This document shows, one piece after another, positions 9,816-24,350 of a DNA stretch of 64,000 nt; position 1 is the first letter of the stretch; each line of letters begins with the position of its first letter. Under the pieces are notes generated by a model, which saw nothing but the letters and a program-made list of their open reading frames with translations, did no database searches and was not told the DNA's origin. Origin of the DNA: Candidatus Micrarchaeia archaeon (lineage in GTDB: Archaea > Micrarchaeota > Micrarchaeia > Burarchaeales > Fermentimicrarchaeaceae); the NCBI GenBank assembly GCA_038871515.1, contig JAVZHX010000001.1, positions 192,001 through 256,000 on the forward strand, given 5' to 3'. Both the position numbers and the translations under genes were made by a program.

Positions 9816-10472
9816 ATGATTTTATGTCTTGTCGCGATGGTGGTATTTGGCGTTTTGGGGATATTCTCGGCAAAATACAGGGAGCTTGCGAGAGAGGCTT
9901 TTGGATGCTTCTTCAAGACAATCCAACTTAAACCATGCGATAGTAAGCTGGATCAGAAGATAAAATCTACATCCATTGCAAAGCTCATGAGATATTCGCC
10001 TAGTCTGGCAAAGTTCACTTACAAGAATTTCGCGGTTCTTTCATGGGTTTTCAGCATCCTATTCTTCGCCAGTCTCGCCTACTCGGCCTACTCGGTATAT
10101 AACCTCATTGCTTATGGAAGCTGCAACCCCGGAGGATTCTGCATATTCAACCCTGGAGGCAATGTAACAAATAACAACGTGTGCAATATAACTGGAAAGT
10201 TCATTGAGTTCTATGGGCAGGAGTGCCCGCACTGCCAGAAAATGATACCCATTGTAGCGCAGGTTGAGAATGAGACGGGAGTTAAATTTGAGAAGCTTGA
10301 GATTTGGCACAATGATACCAACAAGAATATCTATATTACATACGCTGAGTACATAAACAGGGACTGCGGCTCGCTTGGCATACCGGCATTCGTTGGCTTG
10401 AAAACAAACAGGTCAATATGCGGGGAGAAGAGCGCAGATGAGCTGAAGAAGTTCATGATTGAGAATGGCTAG
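9816..10472 (+). CDS. Membrane protein with C-terminal thioredoxin-like domain
   Basis: Two TM segments, then EFYGQECPHC. Confidence 0.75.
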   Translation: MILCLVAMVVFGVLGIFSAKYRELAREAFGCFFKTIQLKPCDSKLDQKIKSTSIAKLMRYSPSLAKFTYKNFAVLSWVFSILFFASLAYSAYSVYNLIAYGSCNPGGFCIFNPGGNVTNNNVCNITGKFIEFYGQECPHCQKMIPIVAQVENETGVKFEKLEIWHNDTNKNIYITYAEYINRDCGSLGIPAFVGLKTNRSICGEKSADELKKFMIENG

Positions 10473-10912
10473 GTTTCCAAGCTTCTGCGCATTATATAGA
10501 ATCCCTCTCCATTCTTCTCTACCTCTTTTCTGAAAACAAATCCATGTTTCTCATAAAATTGTATTGCGTTTGTGTTGCTTCTCTTCACTTTTAAGTAAAC
10601 CAACGTTATCCCTCTCTCCCTTGCAAGCTCAGTTGCTTTTGAGAGGAGAGCGCTGCCAACTCCTTTTCCTCGGAACCCCTCCTCAACAGCAAGCCCCATC
10701 ACTTTTGCTCTCCCTGTTTTTATTTTCACATCAACAAACCCAACAATGCTTCCCTCAGCAACCGCAACAATGTATAAACAGCCCTTTGAAATTCTCTCCT
10801 GAATTTTTGAGGGAGTCATTCTCATATACGGAAAGTGCTTGTTGGTGATTTCAGCTATTTTCTCAAAATCATTTTCATTTGCAATTCTTATCAGAGGTTG
10901 CAGGGGAGACAC
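10469..10912 (-). CDS. GNAT N-acetyltransferase (RimI-like)
   Basis: LAV...FRGKGVGSALL and N.NAIQFYEKHGF motifs; probable GTG start at 10912. Confidence 0.88.
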   Translation of the reverse strand: MSPLQPLIRIANENDFEKIAEITNKHFPYMRMTPSKIQERISKGCLYIVAVAEGSIVGFVDVKIKTGRAKVMGLAVEEGFRGKGVGSALLSKATELARERGITLVYLKVKRSNTNAIQFYEKHGFVFRKEVEKNGEGFYIMRRSLET

Positions 10913-10950
10913 CTCAAAGCTTTTAAGAGTGAATTTGTATAAGTGAGCAC

Positions 10951-11508
10951 ATGGATATAAAGCATATCTCCCAGGGAATTGCGATGGGGTTGATGGATGG
11001 GTTGATAACAATACTTGGGATTATAATTGGGGTTGGTGCGGCAACAAGCGATTCAAGAGTTGTTATAATTTCTGGTTTGATTGGCGGAATTTCAAACAGC
11101 TTTGGGACGTCAATTGGTTTTTACACCTCTGAGAATGCTGAGAGGGGGCAGCAGATTGCGTTCTACAAAAAGAAAAGCGCAAGAAGTGATTTGAAATATA
11201 TTCACTCCTCATCAGAAATAATTGGAAGCACGGTGCTGAGCTTTCTTGCTGGTGTTGTTGCGCATACGCTTCCAATCATTCCATTCTTCCTTTTCCCCAG
11301 TGTATACGTGGGTATGATTGGCTCTTTGATTATCTCAATTGCCATGTTATTTCTGCTTGGGTATTACATTGGAAAGATGAATGAAACAAACGGAATGAGA
11401 AGTGGGGTAAGATATATACTTCTTGGAGTTGCAAGCGCTGTTGTTGCTTTTGCTTTGGGAGAGCTTTTGAAGCACATAATTATGGAGGGAAAGCTTGAAA
11501 TTCTTTAG
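10951..11508 (+). CDS. VIT1/CCC1 family transporter
   Basis: GLMDGLIT...G.YTSE.AE motif and five TM segments. Confidence 0.85.
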   Translation: MDIKHISQGIAMGLMDGLITILGIIIGVGAATSDSRVVIISGLIGGISNSFGTSIGFYTSENAERGQQIAFYKKKSARSDLKYIHSSSEIIGSTVLSFLAGVVAHTLPIIPFFLFPSVYVGMIGSLIISIAMLFLLGYYIGKMNETNGMRSGVRYILLGVASAVVAFALGELLKHIIMEGKLEIL

Positions 11509-11556
11509 ATGAGTTTGCGATAGTTTTTTAAAAAGATTGCATAAAAAAACTACTGC

Positions 11557-12111
11557 ATGGAAAACATGGTGCCAAAGAAATTATTTCTTACAAAGGGAGT
11601 TGGTAAGGATAGGGATCCTCTTTCTGCTTTTGAACGGGCGTTGAAGGATGCTGGGATTGAGAAGTGCAATCTTGTGAACGTCTCAAGCATACTTCCGCCT
11701 AACTGCGAGATAATCCCAAGGGAGAAAGGAGTTGAGCTTCTCAAGCCGGGGCAGATAACATTTGTTGTGATGAGCAGAAACTCGTCAAACGAGCCAAACA
11801 GATTAATCGCAGCTTCAATTGGAGTTGCAATTCCAACAGACAGGAACCAGTATGGTTATCTGAGCGAGTATCACTCTTACGGGGAAACAGATGAGAAAGC
11901 TGGGGAGAAAGCAGAGGATATTGCGGCGTGTATGCTCGCTTCAACACTGGGAATAGACTTTGATATAAATAAAAGCTGGGATGAGAGGGAGGAGCTTTTC
12001 AAGATGAGCGGAAAGATTGTTAAGACAAGAAACATCGCCCAGTCTGCAATTGTTGATAAAGATGGGATGTGGATGACTGTTATCGCAGCAGCAGTTCTTC
12101 TTCTTGACTGA
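11557..12111 (+). CDS. pdaD: Pyruvoyl-dependent arginine decarboxylase
   Basis: [20 protein letters not shown] (Ser-Ser cleavage site) and YGYLSEYH. Confidence 0.93.
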   Translation: MENMVPKKLFLTKGVGKDRDPLSAFERALKDAGIEKCNLVNVSSILPPNCEIIPREKGVELLKPGQITFVVMSRNSSNEPNRLIAASIGVAIPTDRNQYGYLSEYHSYGETDEKAGEKAEDIAACMLASTLGIDFDINKSWDEREELFKMSGKIVKTRNIAQSAIVDKDGMWMTVIAAAVLLLD

Positions 12112-12128
12112 TTGTTTATTGTATTGCT

Positions 12129-14318
12129 CTAATCCATGAAATCCTGCGGTGTTGGTGGCTCAGGCTTCTCCCCCTTCCTCTCCCTTATCTGAGCAACAAT
12201 CTTGCTCTGCAAATCCCTTGGAAGTTTTTCATAACCAGCGTATTCATAATACCAGATTGCCCTTCCCTGAGTTGCGCTTCTTATATCATTTGAGAAGCCA
12301 AACATATCCGCAACAGGCACCTTTGAGGTGAGCGTCACGATATCCTCATCCTGCTGTATGTTGAGAATCTGTCCTCTTCTTGCCTGAACCTGAGCGATAA
12401 TCTGCCCCATATAATCCTGTGGTGCCTGTATAAGCAGTTTCTGCTTCGGCTCAAGGAGCACTGTTCCCGCCATAAGCATCGCTGCGTATATTGGCCTTTT
12501 TATTGCAGGTATTATCTGCGCAGGCCCTCTGTGCACAGGGTCCTCGTGAATAAGCGCATCAACTATTTTCACTTTCACCCCAGTCACCTTCTCCTTTGCA
12601 AGCGGTCCAAGATTCATTGCTTCCTCAAACCCCTGTATAAGCAGCTCCATAACCTCATTCATATACTGAATACCCCTTGTCATATCAATCAAAACGCATC
12701 TGTTGAAAACATCCTTCACATTCTTCGCTTCCTCCCTCTCCATCCCACCCTCAACAAAAACATCAACAAGCGTTTTTCCTTTTGGCTTCCCCTCTGGAAT
12801 TTCCCCTTCAAGCATCTTGTTGTAAACTCCCTCCTCAAGCGGTTCAACTGTCACTTTGAATCTGTTGTGCTTGTTTGGTGACTTTCCCTCCACGGGACCA
12901 GCGGGAGAAGTTATTGTTTCCCTGTAAACAACAATCGGCTGGGATGTTTCTATCTCCACTCCTTTTTCCTTGGAAATTTTGTACTCAATTATCTCAAGGT
13001 GCAGCTCTCCCATTCCAGAAAGTAGATGCTCCCCAGTCTCCTGGTTTATTTCAACTTTTATTGTGGGGTCCTCCTTCGCCAACCTTCTCAAAACTTCAAC
13101 AAGCTTCACCAAATCCTTCGTGTTCTTCGCTTCAATTGATTTGGTTACAACTGGTTCAGAATAATGCTTTATCTGCTCAAAAGGCTCTATTTTCTCCTCA
13201 CTTACTGTTTCTCCAACGTATAAATCGTGCAACCCAATCACGGCAGCTATGTTGCCAGCTGGAACCTCCTCAGCAGTCACCCTGTCAGGCCCCATATAAA
13301 TTCCAACCTGCTGTATTTTCTCCGACTTGAATTTTGAGGCAATATAAACTTCCGCTCCTTTCTTCACTGTCCCTGAGAAAACTCTCCCTATTCCAACCTC
13401 CCCAGCATGCTCATCAACAGCAACTCCAAAAATCACCATGCATATTTTTCCTTTAGGATCGCACTCAAGCATTGCTTTTCCTGATGGGCTTGAAACATCT
13501 CCTTTCCATATGACAGGTATTCTGTACTTCTGGGCTTGCGCTGGGTTTGGAAGGTGCCTCACAGCCATCTCCAGTATAACCTCATCTACAGGTGCTTTTG
13601 AAACAAGAGTTTTATGATCCTCCTTTGCGCAACAGTCGTATATGTCTTTGAAGGTTAACTTCGTTTTCTGCATTGTTGGGAAGCTAAGAGCCCACTTATG
13701 ATAAGCTGAGCCGAATGCAACATTCCCTTTCTCAACTTTTATGAACCACTCATCTCTGAATTCTTTGGGAGCGTAGTTCGCTATTAATTTATTCACGGAA
13801 TCAATTATCTTTATCAGCCTGTTCTGCATGTCCTGTGGCGTGAGCTTAAGCTCATTTATCAATCTATCTATTTTGTTAACAAACAGAACTGGTTTAGCCT
13901 TCTCCTTCATCGCCTGTCTTAAAACAGTTTCAGTCTGAGGCATTATTCCCTCAACGGAGTCAACCACCAAAACAACCCCATCAACAGCTCTCATCGCCCT
14001 TGTCACATGCCCCCCAAAGTCAACATGCCCAGGAGTGTCAATCAAGTTAATCAAATAATCCTTCCCCTCATACTCAAAACCCAAGGAAATATTTGCTGCC
14101 TTTATTGTGATCCCTCTTGCCTGCTCCAGCTCCTCAAAATCAAGCATTCTCTGCTGTCCAGCAAGCTCCTTTGAGATGAGCCCGGCGCGCGCAACAAGTG
14201 AATCTGAAAGAGTTGTTTTTCCATGGTCAACATGCGCAACTATCGCCATGTTCCTTATGTACTCGGGTTTATACATGAGCTTTTGAACTTCCTCAACAAC
14301 AAACTCCTTTCTAACCAT
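12129..14318 (-). CDS. fusA: Translation elongation factor aEF-2
   Basis: [22 protein letters not shown]; diphthamide loop [11 protein letters not shown]. Confidence 0.99.
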   Translation of the reverse strand: MVRKEFVVEEVQKLMYKPEYIRNMAIVAHVDHGKTTLSDSLVARAGLISKELAGQQRMLDFEELEQARGITIKAANISLGFEYEGKDYLINLIDTPGHVDFGGHVTRAMRAVDGVVLVVDSVEGIMPQTETVLRQAMKEKAKPVLFVNKIDRLINELKLTPQDMQNRLIKIIDSVNKLIANYAPKEFRDEWFIKVEKGNVAFGSAYHKWALSFPTMQKTKLTFKDIYDCCAKEDHKTLVSKAPVDEVILEMAVRHLPNPAQAQKYRIPVIWKGDVSSPSGKAMLECDPKGKICMVIFGVAVDEHAGEVGIGRVFSGTVKKGAEVYIASKFKSEKIQQVGIYMGPDRVTAEEVPAGNIAAVIGLHDLYVGETVSEEKIEPFEQIKHYSEPVVTKSIEAKNTKDLVKLVEVLRRLAKEDPTIKVEINQETGEHLLSGMGELHLEIIEYKISKEKGVEIETSQPIVVYRETITSPAGPVEGKSPNKHNRFKVTVEPLEEGVYNKMLEGEIPEGKPKGKTLVDVFVEGGMEREEAKNVKDVFNRCVLIDMTRGIQYMNEVMELLIQGFEEAMNLGPLAKEKVTGVKVKIVDALIHEDPVHRGPAQIIPAIKRPIYAAMLMAGTVLLEPKQKLLIQAPQDYMGQIIAQVQARRGQILNIQQDEDIVTLTSKVPVADMFGFSNDIRSATQGRAIWYYEYAGYEKLPRDLQSKIVAQIRERKGEKPEPPTPQDFMD

Positions 14319-14332
14319 AGAACCACCAAAAG

Positions 14333-14935
14333 TTACCTTGCGCTCCTCGCCATTCTTTCTGTTTCATCTTTCTTCTTTATCGCATAGCTGTTCTGGTCAT
14401 TCTTCGCAGCAAGCATTATCTCATCTGCAAGCGCTTGAGAAAGAGTTTTCTTCTTATCAAATGAACCTATTATTGCAGCCATACTGATGTTTCTCAGCGC
14501 CATATCCAACCTTCTGCTTGCAGAAACATCAACAGCAACTTGATAGGAAACTCCTCCGTACTGAACCCTTGTCGTATCCTCCCTTGGCGCGGTATTCTGA
14601 ATCGCATCAACAAGAACCTGAAGTGGGTTTGCTTTTGTGTTTTTTGCAACCATCTCAAGCGCTTCCTCAACAATTTTCATCGCTTTGAACTTCTTTCCCT
14701 GCAGCCTTCCATGAGTTCTTATAATTTTTCCAGAAGTTTTCTCCCCAGTTCCTCCCCTCATCAGTTTGTTAACAAGCCTCTCAACAATATTTACTTTCAT
14801 CTTCTCAAACTGCTTCTTTCCATGCCTTCCGTGAGAGTGTGGTATAAAAACTGGTTTCAAGTCTATGTATCTCTTCAAGCTTGGGTCGGTTACCTGCACT
14901 TCCGATACATCGTACTTGCCAAAAAGTTTCTCCAT
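14333..14935 (-). CDS. rps7: 30S ribosomal protein S7
   Basis: Archaeal uS7 sequence ending [10 protein letters not shown]. Confidence 0.98.
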   Translation of the reverse strand: MEKLFGKYDVSEVQVTDPSLKRYIDLKPVFIPHSHGRHGKKQFEKMKVNIVERLVNKLMRGGTGEKTSGKIIRTHGRLQGKKFKAMKIVEEALEMVAKNTKANPLQVLVDAIQNTAPREDTTRVQYGGVSYQVAVDVSASRRLDMALRNISMAAIIGSFDKKKTLSQALADEIMLAAKNDQNSYAIKKKDETERMARSAR

Positions 14936-14940
14936 TCAAA

Positions 14941-15369
14941 CTACCTCTTGGGCTTCTCCTTCTTCCCAACTCGTATATCCTCAAGCGGAACTCCGTTAAC
15001 TGCAACAACCTTGTGCCTCACTCCGGGGATTGAACCCATCTGCCCTCTCTGGGAGCCTCCCAAACCCTCAACTGTTACCTCATCGTGCTCATCAATAAAG
15101 CTTATCGCTCCATCCTTTGGCGCAAAAGCAGTGATTATCTTACCGCTTTTTATGAGCTGAACTCTAACACATTTTATCAAACCAGAATGAGGTTGCTTCT
15201 GTTCCAGTGCTTTTTTCTCAAGCACAATTCCCTTTGCCTGAGGTGCTCCTTCAAGTGGGTCATACTTCTCCTTCAACCTAAGCTTCCTCCTCTTCCAGGT
15301 TTTCTTCAACCATCTCATTCTCTTTCTTTTCCTTTTCAAATCCCTTCCTGCAAACTCCCCTCTACCCAT
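14941..15369 (-). CDS. rps12: 30S ribosomal protein S12
   Basis: [14 protein letters not shown] and GSIPGVR motifs. Confidence 0.98.
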   Translation of the reverse strand: MGRGEFAGRDLKRKRKRMRWLKKTWKRRKLRLKEKYDPLEGAPQAKGIVLEKKALEQKQPHSGLIKCVRVQLIKSGKIITAFAPKDGAISFIDEHDEVTVEGLGGSQRGQMGSIPGVRHKVVAVNGVPLEDIRVGKKEKPKR

Positions 15370-15378
15370 AATCACACC

Positions 15379-15795
15379 TTACACAAGCTTTACATCCATA
15401 TTGAAGTATCTCTGCATAAGCATCCTCGCCATTTTAATTCTCTCGCCATTTCTCCCTATTGCAGCACCTCTGTCATTCGGGTCAACGCTTATTTGAACTG
15501 CCTTTCTACCTTCCTCCCCTTCAATTTTGAGGTTTTTTATTTCAACAGCAGAAAATATATTCTTTACGAATCGCTCAGGTTCATCCGCATGCTCAACTAC
15601 TTCAATTCTCTTTTTGAACGCATTTCTCGCTCTCATTATCGCGCTTCCCCCTTTTCCTATTGCCTTCCCAACTTCCCCTTCGCTTACAATGAAAACAATG
15701 CTGTCTTTCTCCAGCACACAGTCTCTCACTGATGCACCAGTGAGCTGCTGGAAGAGGGAGATGCATTTTATTTCATCGTTTGTCAACTTCACCAA
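15379..15795 (-). CDS. nusA: Transcription elongation factor NusA (archaeal KH type)
   Basis: Two KH motifs (AIGKGG, AIGRNG) and operon position. Confidence 0.96.
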   Translation of the reverse strand: MVKLTNDEIKCISLFQQLTGASVRDCVLEKDSIVFIVSEGEVGKAIGKGGSAIMRARNAFKKRIEVVEHADEPERFVKNIFSAVEIKNLKIEGEEGRKAVQISVDPNDRGAAIGRNGERIKMARMLMQRYFNMDVKLV

Positions 15796-15799
15796 TGAA

Positions 15800-16099
15800 T
15801 CACTTCACAAGCTCCAGGATGTTTGAGTTCCCAGGGTCGTGTATGCTCAGCGCAGAAATCGAGAATGGCTTTCCGCATACCGAGCCCAGTTCCATGGAAG
15901 TTCCATTGAACTCATAAACCTGCGTTTTTGATAACTTACAATAATATGTAATATCTTCCTTAAATTTCTTTGGGCAGTTCTTTGCAACAATTATCAAACG
16001 AGCTTCCCCGCTGTAGGCAAGCTTCAGCGCGCTTTTCACTCCAAACTCAACCTTTCCGCTGTCCACAGCCATCCTTATCGCTTTGTTCACATCCGCCAT
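15800..16099 (-). CDS. rpl30e: 50S ribosomal protein L30e
   Basis: ELGSVCGKPF...DPGNSNI motif. Confidence 0.97.
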   Translation of the reverse strand: MADVNKAIRMAVDSGKVEFGVKSALKLAYSGEARLIIVAKNCPKKFKEDITYYCKLSKTQVYEFNGTSMELGSVCGKPFSISALSIHDPGNSNILELVK

Positions 16100-16103
16100 A
16101 GAA

Positions 16104-19658
<3,555 letters not shown>

Positions 19659-19659
<1 letters not shown>

Positions 19660-21482
19660 CACGCCTTATTCTTCAGCAAAATTCTCGGGAAGATCCCTAT
19701 TGCTTTTATTTCATCAAGCAACAGCTTGAACGCATAGCTTATCTCCACAGGGTGGAGCTCCTCTGTCTCACCACAGAGTGGGCAGTAGTTTCTGTTTCTT
19801 ATATAATCAACAACTGCAACGGAGCCGCATTTTCCGCATACAACCTCTGTTGTTTTATCAGATTCCTCAAGCATCCTTTCCTTCAGCAGCATGCTCGCCC
19901 CATGCCCTATCAAGCAGTCTCTCTCCATCTCACCAAACCTCAAACCACCCTCCCTCGCTCTCCCCTCAGTTGGCTGGTGGGTGAGAAGCTGAACAGGACC
20001 TCTGCTTCTCACGTGCATCTTATTTGAGACAAGATGATGCAACTTCTGGTAGTAAACCACTCCCATAAATATCTCTGCCTCTATTGCTTCCCCGCTTATT
20101 CCATCATACAACCTCTCCTTTCCATCTCTCTTGAAACCGTACTTCTCAAGAATTTCTGCAAAGCTCTCCTCCTTATCTCCGTTGAAAGCAGTTCCATCCA
20201 TTATTTTACCGCTTAATGAGGCAGCTTTGCCGCCAAGCATCTCAAGTATGTGCCCAGCAGTCATTCTTGATGGAATTGCATGTGGGTTGAGTATTAAATC
20301 TGGAACAATTCCCTGCTCTGTGAACGGCATATCCTCCTGGTTTGCAAGCAAACCTATAACTCCCTTCTGTCCATGGCGGGATGCGAATTTGTCTCCTGGC
20401 TCCGGTATTTTCAAGCTTCTTACTTTCACTTTGACAAGCTTGTTTCCGGAGGGGCTTTCTGTGAGAAGAACGGAGTCAACAAATCCCTCCTCTCCCTCCT
20501 TGAGAACAGTTGAGTTCTCCCTCTTCTTCTCCTCGGCTATACCAAAACCACTTACCTCTTCAAGGAACCTTGGGGGGGAGGTTTTCCCAACCAGCACATC
20601 CTTTGCTTTCACTTCTGCTTCTGGGAAGATTATTCCATCCTCTCCAAGCTTTGAATATGTTTCCTCCTCCCTGTAACCTGCAACTGTTGGGGGTGGAATC
20701 TCAAACTTATCCTTCTGCCCACCAGGGTATCTTCTTTCTTCCGTTTCATATGTTTTGTAGAAAACAGAACGAGCAAGCGCCCTGTCAATTGCATTTCTGT
20801 TCATCACAACTCCATCTCCCATGTTGTATCCATAGTAAGTTGCAACAGCGACAATGAAGTTCTGTCCCGCCGGCCTTCTTGAAAACTTCAATGTTCTATA
20901 CGGCCTTGTTTGAACAAGCGGCACCTGTGGGTAGTAAAGCAGATGCGCCCTTGAATCCATTCTTATATTCAGGTTGCTTGCATACAGCCCAAGCGACTGT
21001 TTGCTCATCGCGCATGCCATAGTTATTCTTGGTGAGGAGTTGTATTCAGGATAGGGAAGCTGGGCAACAGTCACACCGGTGATTGAAACTGGGTCTATTT
21101 CAAGGTGGGTGTGCTCCTCGGTAAGCTCCTCCTCCCTCACCGCAACATATGCGTTCTCCTCCTCCTCTGCATCTAAGTATTCGATTATTCCATTATTCAC
21201 AAGATAATCCCAAGAGATTTCGCGCTTCCTCAGCTTTTCAGCTAGCTCTGGTGTGAGCTTGCTTTTCCCTTTCTCAACAACAATATACGGTCTCCTCGCC
21301 CTTCCACTGTCGGTGTTTATGTAAACCGCATTCTCCTTTGAGGAGTGGGAGAAGTTAACTTGCTTATTTATCACACCGCTCCTTCTTTTCTCTCTCAGCG
21401 CAGCTATAAGCGAAACTCCATCCTCATGGAACCCAACAAGTCTTCCGTTTAAATACACTGCAGTTCTTTTTTGTTTTTCCAT
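19659..21482 (-). CDS. rpoB1: RNA polymerase subunit B'
   Basis: [24 protein letters not shown] and C-terminal Zn ribbon. Confidence 0.98.
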
Positions 21483-21483
21483 T

Positions 21484-22950
21484 CTATCCCTCAATTTTCA
21501 CATTCATTTTCCTCAGCAATGCCTCAACGTTGCTCTCATCCTCCCCAGTGGATATGTCGCATAACAACGCAAGGTTTTTCACAAGCGCGCATGAAGGTCC
21601 TTCTGGCGATTCATTCGGGCACAGCTTCCCCCAGTGCGTTCCATGAAGGTCTCTTGCTTTGAAGTGCGGGTGCCTTCTGCTCAGAGGTGAGATAACTCTC
21701 CTCAAATGTGAAACAGTTGAAAGGTAGTTTGTTCTATCCAAAAGCTGAGAAACTCCTGTCTGCCCCGCAATCCAGTTGCCAGTTGCCATGGAATACCTGA
21801 TTCTCTCAGTAAGCGCATCCGGCCTAACAAGATTCTGAATTTGAAGCTTCCTTCCTCTTGCGGATGCTCTTTCAACTTGGTAGGCAATATCCTTTATCAG
21901 GAATTGAAAAGCGTACCTGAAAAGCTCCTCCATAAGGTTTCCGCTCAGCTTTATTCTCTTGTTCGCGTAATGATCCTTATCATCCGGAGTTGCTTTTCCA
22001 TACGCAACATTTATCGCTTTCTCAGCCATCTTGCATAGGTAGTATGCTTTTGTCAATCTAACCTTTGGGTCTGTGCCTATGTGCGGAAGAAGATAAACGT
22101 CAAGCAGTATTTCCGCCCTTCTTAGCTGATAAACTTTTGCCTGTCCCACAGCTGCTTTCTTACCAACTGCTTCAACTGCATCCTGTGGATTCTCTGTTTC
22201 ATCTATCTCCATGTTCATCAGTATATCATTCTGCACTTCCACATTATTGCTGAACGCATTGAGAATTTCCTTGTTTGGGTGCAAGCCCAGAGCTCTCAGA
22301 ACAGTTATCAAATTCAAATCCTTTGGCGCTGCTGGGAAAACAACTGCCAGCTCACCGTTAACGCTTCTCTCAACAACGCACCTTGCTCTGAAACCAAAAC
22401 GAGTTGAGAAAACTTTTGATGTGACAAGCGAGCCATCCTTCTCCTTTGAAACCATAATTCTGTTCGGAGCCAAATCCTCTATTCCAACAAGCACCCTCTC
22501 GCTTCCGTTTATTATGAAGTAACCGCCAGGGTCATTCGGATCCTCGCCTGCTTCAATAATCTCCTCCTCAGTCATCCCATCCAAGTGACACAGTTTTGAT
22601 TTTAACATCACAGGAAGCTCGCCAATGAAAACTTCCTGTGGGTATTTTCTTTCAACTCCTCCGATTATTTGGGTGAACTCCAAGTAGATGGGAGCGGCAT
22701 AGGTGAGATTTCTCATCCTTGCTTCAGCAGGAAGTATATCCCTTCTTGAGCCATCTGCTTCCACAATAATGGGTTTATCAAGCCTCACGCTGCCAAATTT
22801 GAGTTTGTAGTTTTCAACGTTCGGTTCAATTCCACCTACGTTGTTTATTATATTCTGAATACCTGACTCAATGAATTTGTTGTATGAATCAAGGTGCTGT
22901 GAAACAAGTTTATTATCTCTGAAATACTCATCTACCAAATCCCATTCCAT
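21484..22950 (-). CDS. rpoB2: RNA polymerase subunit B''
   Basis: [12 protein letters not shown] and [16 protein letters not shown] motifs. Confidence 0.98.
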   Translation of the reverse strand: MEWDLVDEYFRDNKLVSQHLDSYNKFIESGIQNIINNVGGIEPNVENYKLKFGSVRLDKPIIVEADGSRRDILPAEARMRNLTYAAPIYLEFTQIIGGVERKYPQEVFIGELPVMLKSKLCHLDGMTEEEIIEAGEDPNDPGGYFIINGSERVLVGIEDLAPNRIMVSKEKDGSLVTSKVFSTRFGFRARCVVERSVNGELAVVFPAAPKDLNLITVLRALGLHPNKEILNAFSNNVEVQNDILMNMEIDETENPQDAVEAVGKKAAVGQAKVYQLRRAEILLDVYLLPHIGTDPKVRLTKAYYLCKMAEKAINVAYGKATPDDKDHYANKRIKLSGNLMEELFRYAFQFLIKDIAYQVERASARGRKLQIQNLVRPDALTERIRYSMATGNWIAGQTGVSQLLDRTNYLSTVSHLRRVISPLSRRHPHFKARDLHGTHWGKLCPNESPEGPSCALVKNLALLCDISTGEDESNVEALLRKMNVKIEG

Positions 22951-22960
22951 ATTATCACTT

Positions 22961-23197
22961 TTATTTCACAACTAGGCGGTAGTAAACATTCTCTTTTGTG
23001 GCGTCATTTCGCGTTATCTTTATTATATCCCCTTCCTTTGCTCCAAGAAGCTTAACCTGTGGGTCGTGAAGTTTTATTTTAGGCAGCTTACTTTCATCCA
23101 CTCCTAGAGATGAGAGCAACTCCTCCTTTTTTGTTTTTGCCAGAATTTCGTGCTTGGGAACAAGGAAATGAGAAGCACGAAAATCGGCAGAAGTCAA
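22961..23197 (-). CDS. rpoH: RNA polymerase subunit H
   Basis: HFLVPKHEIL...LPKI...DP...YYRLV. Confidence 0.96.
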   Translation of the reverse strand: MTSADFRASHFLVPKHEILAKTKKEELLSSLGVDESKLPKIKLHDPQVKLLGAKEGDIIKITRNDATKENVYYRLVVK

Positions 23198-23416
23198 ACT
23201 ACCACCTAGCCAGAGTTAACCTATTATTTAGGTGGGCAAGTTTTTTAAACTTATCGTTAGAAAAGCTACGCTAATATTAAACTCGGCAGGTGCATTTCAC
23301 TTACTATTCTCAAACTTCACCTTCGTGAGTTGAATTAGCTTGTTCTTATATTTAAACATAACTACGTTATGCAACGATGCATGTGGATTTTAAATATCAA
23401 AAAATAAAATTAATTT

Positions 23417-23743
23417 ATGCTGAAGGAGGAAGCGACCAATGTGAAAACGAGTCGCTACTCGTTCAAGGATGAGAGGTATTTTTACTATTTGGTGAAGAGC
23501 AGGTTTCATGAAGTTGAGCAGAAAGCATGGATGGAAATAGGAAGGGTGATTAAAGAAAGGGGAAGCATAGATAGAGTGGATGCTGGTTTGATATTTTTTG
23601 GGAATGTGAAGGATGAGGATGAAACGTTAAAGAGAAATTTTGCAAAAAGAATGAAATACCTTGTTGACAACGGCGCTTTGAATGAGGAGGAAGTTTATGA
23701 GAAAATACCAAAGGAGAAACTGAAAAAGTACAGGTTGGAATAG
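23417..23743 (+). CDS. Hypothetical protein
   Basis: 108-aa ORF with TATA-like TTTAAATA upstream; no recognisable family. Confidence 0.55.
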   Translation: MLKEEATNVKTSRYSFKDERYFYYLVKSRFHEVEQKAWMEIGRVIKERGSIDRVDAGLIFFGNVKDEDETLKRNFAKRMKYLVDNGALNEEEVYEKIPKEKLKKYRLE

Positions 23744-23858
23744 CGCCGGGGGCGGGATTCGAACCCACGAGGACCTTTTGGGCCCAACAGCTTAGCAGGC
23801 TGCCGCCATTTAGTGCCGTGTTCTTTTCAGAAGCAAGGAACCACTAGGCGACCCCGGC
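23744..23858 (-). tRNA. tRNA-Ser(GCU) with a 30-nt D-loop intron (about 20/21; 23810-23839)
   Basis: GCCGGGG/CCCCGGC acceptor, GCAGC-CT GCT AA-GCTGT, long variable arm; BHB AGTG-GT|T ... CACT-AA|A. Confidence 0.93.
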
Positions 23859-23894
23859 ACGTGTTATCTATTTATTGTATATATTTTTATTAAT

Positions 23895-24196
23895 GCGGTG
23901 GGCTTCACTGGAATTGATAGGAGTCAGCTCACCCGGTTGTTCAGGCTTGGGCTGGACTTTGTGACTTGCTAGCATGGAAAACTCCACTTGCAGAGCAATG
24001 CTTCTGCAATTTGTGTTTAGGGTTGCTCCTTTCGGCCTGGCCCGGTTCGCACAATCCTCCATCCAGCAAGGCAAAGCTTCAACGCTTGCGCCTGAGCCGA
24101 GATGAGATGGCTCGAACCTTTTCCAGCTTTTCGGTCTCACCGTGAAGGGGGTTTGTGATTACAGGAGACCCCTAACCTCCCGACCTATCCCACCGC
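23895..24196 (-). ncRNA. ffs: Signal recognition particle (7S) RNA
   Basis: Helix-8 motif GGGCCAGGCCGAAAGGAGCAACCC, Alu-domain CCTGTAA, complementary ends GCGGTGGG/CCCACCGC, about 300 nt. Confidence 0.92.
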
Positions 24197-24350
24197 GTAG
24201 TAATATTCTTTTCAAAAGTTTATATAGTTTATCTACTGGTTTGCAACGGAAAAATGCAGAAAGGTTTTTAAATATCTCCTTCATAAAATTATCCACGCTT
24301 TTCTACGACTGAAGTCTGGGGTTCCCGGCCCCCTTTCTAGAGGTCTTATT

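Noticed and set aside
23868..24140. 90-aa ORF, or RNase P RNA
   Set aside because: The region carries SRP helix-8 and Alu motifs and lacks RNase P P4 signatures.
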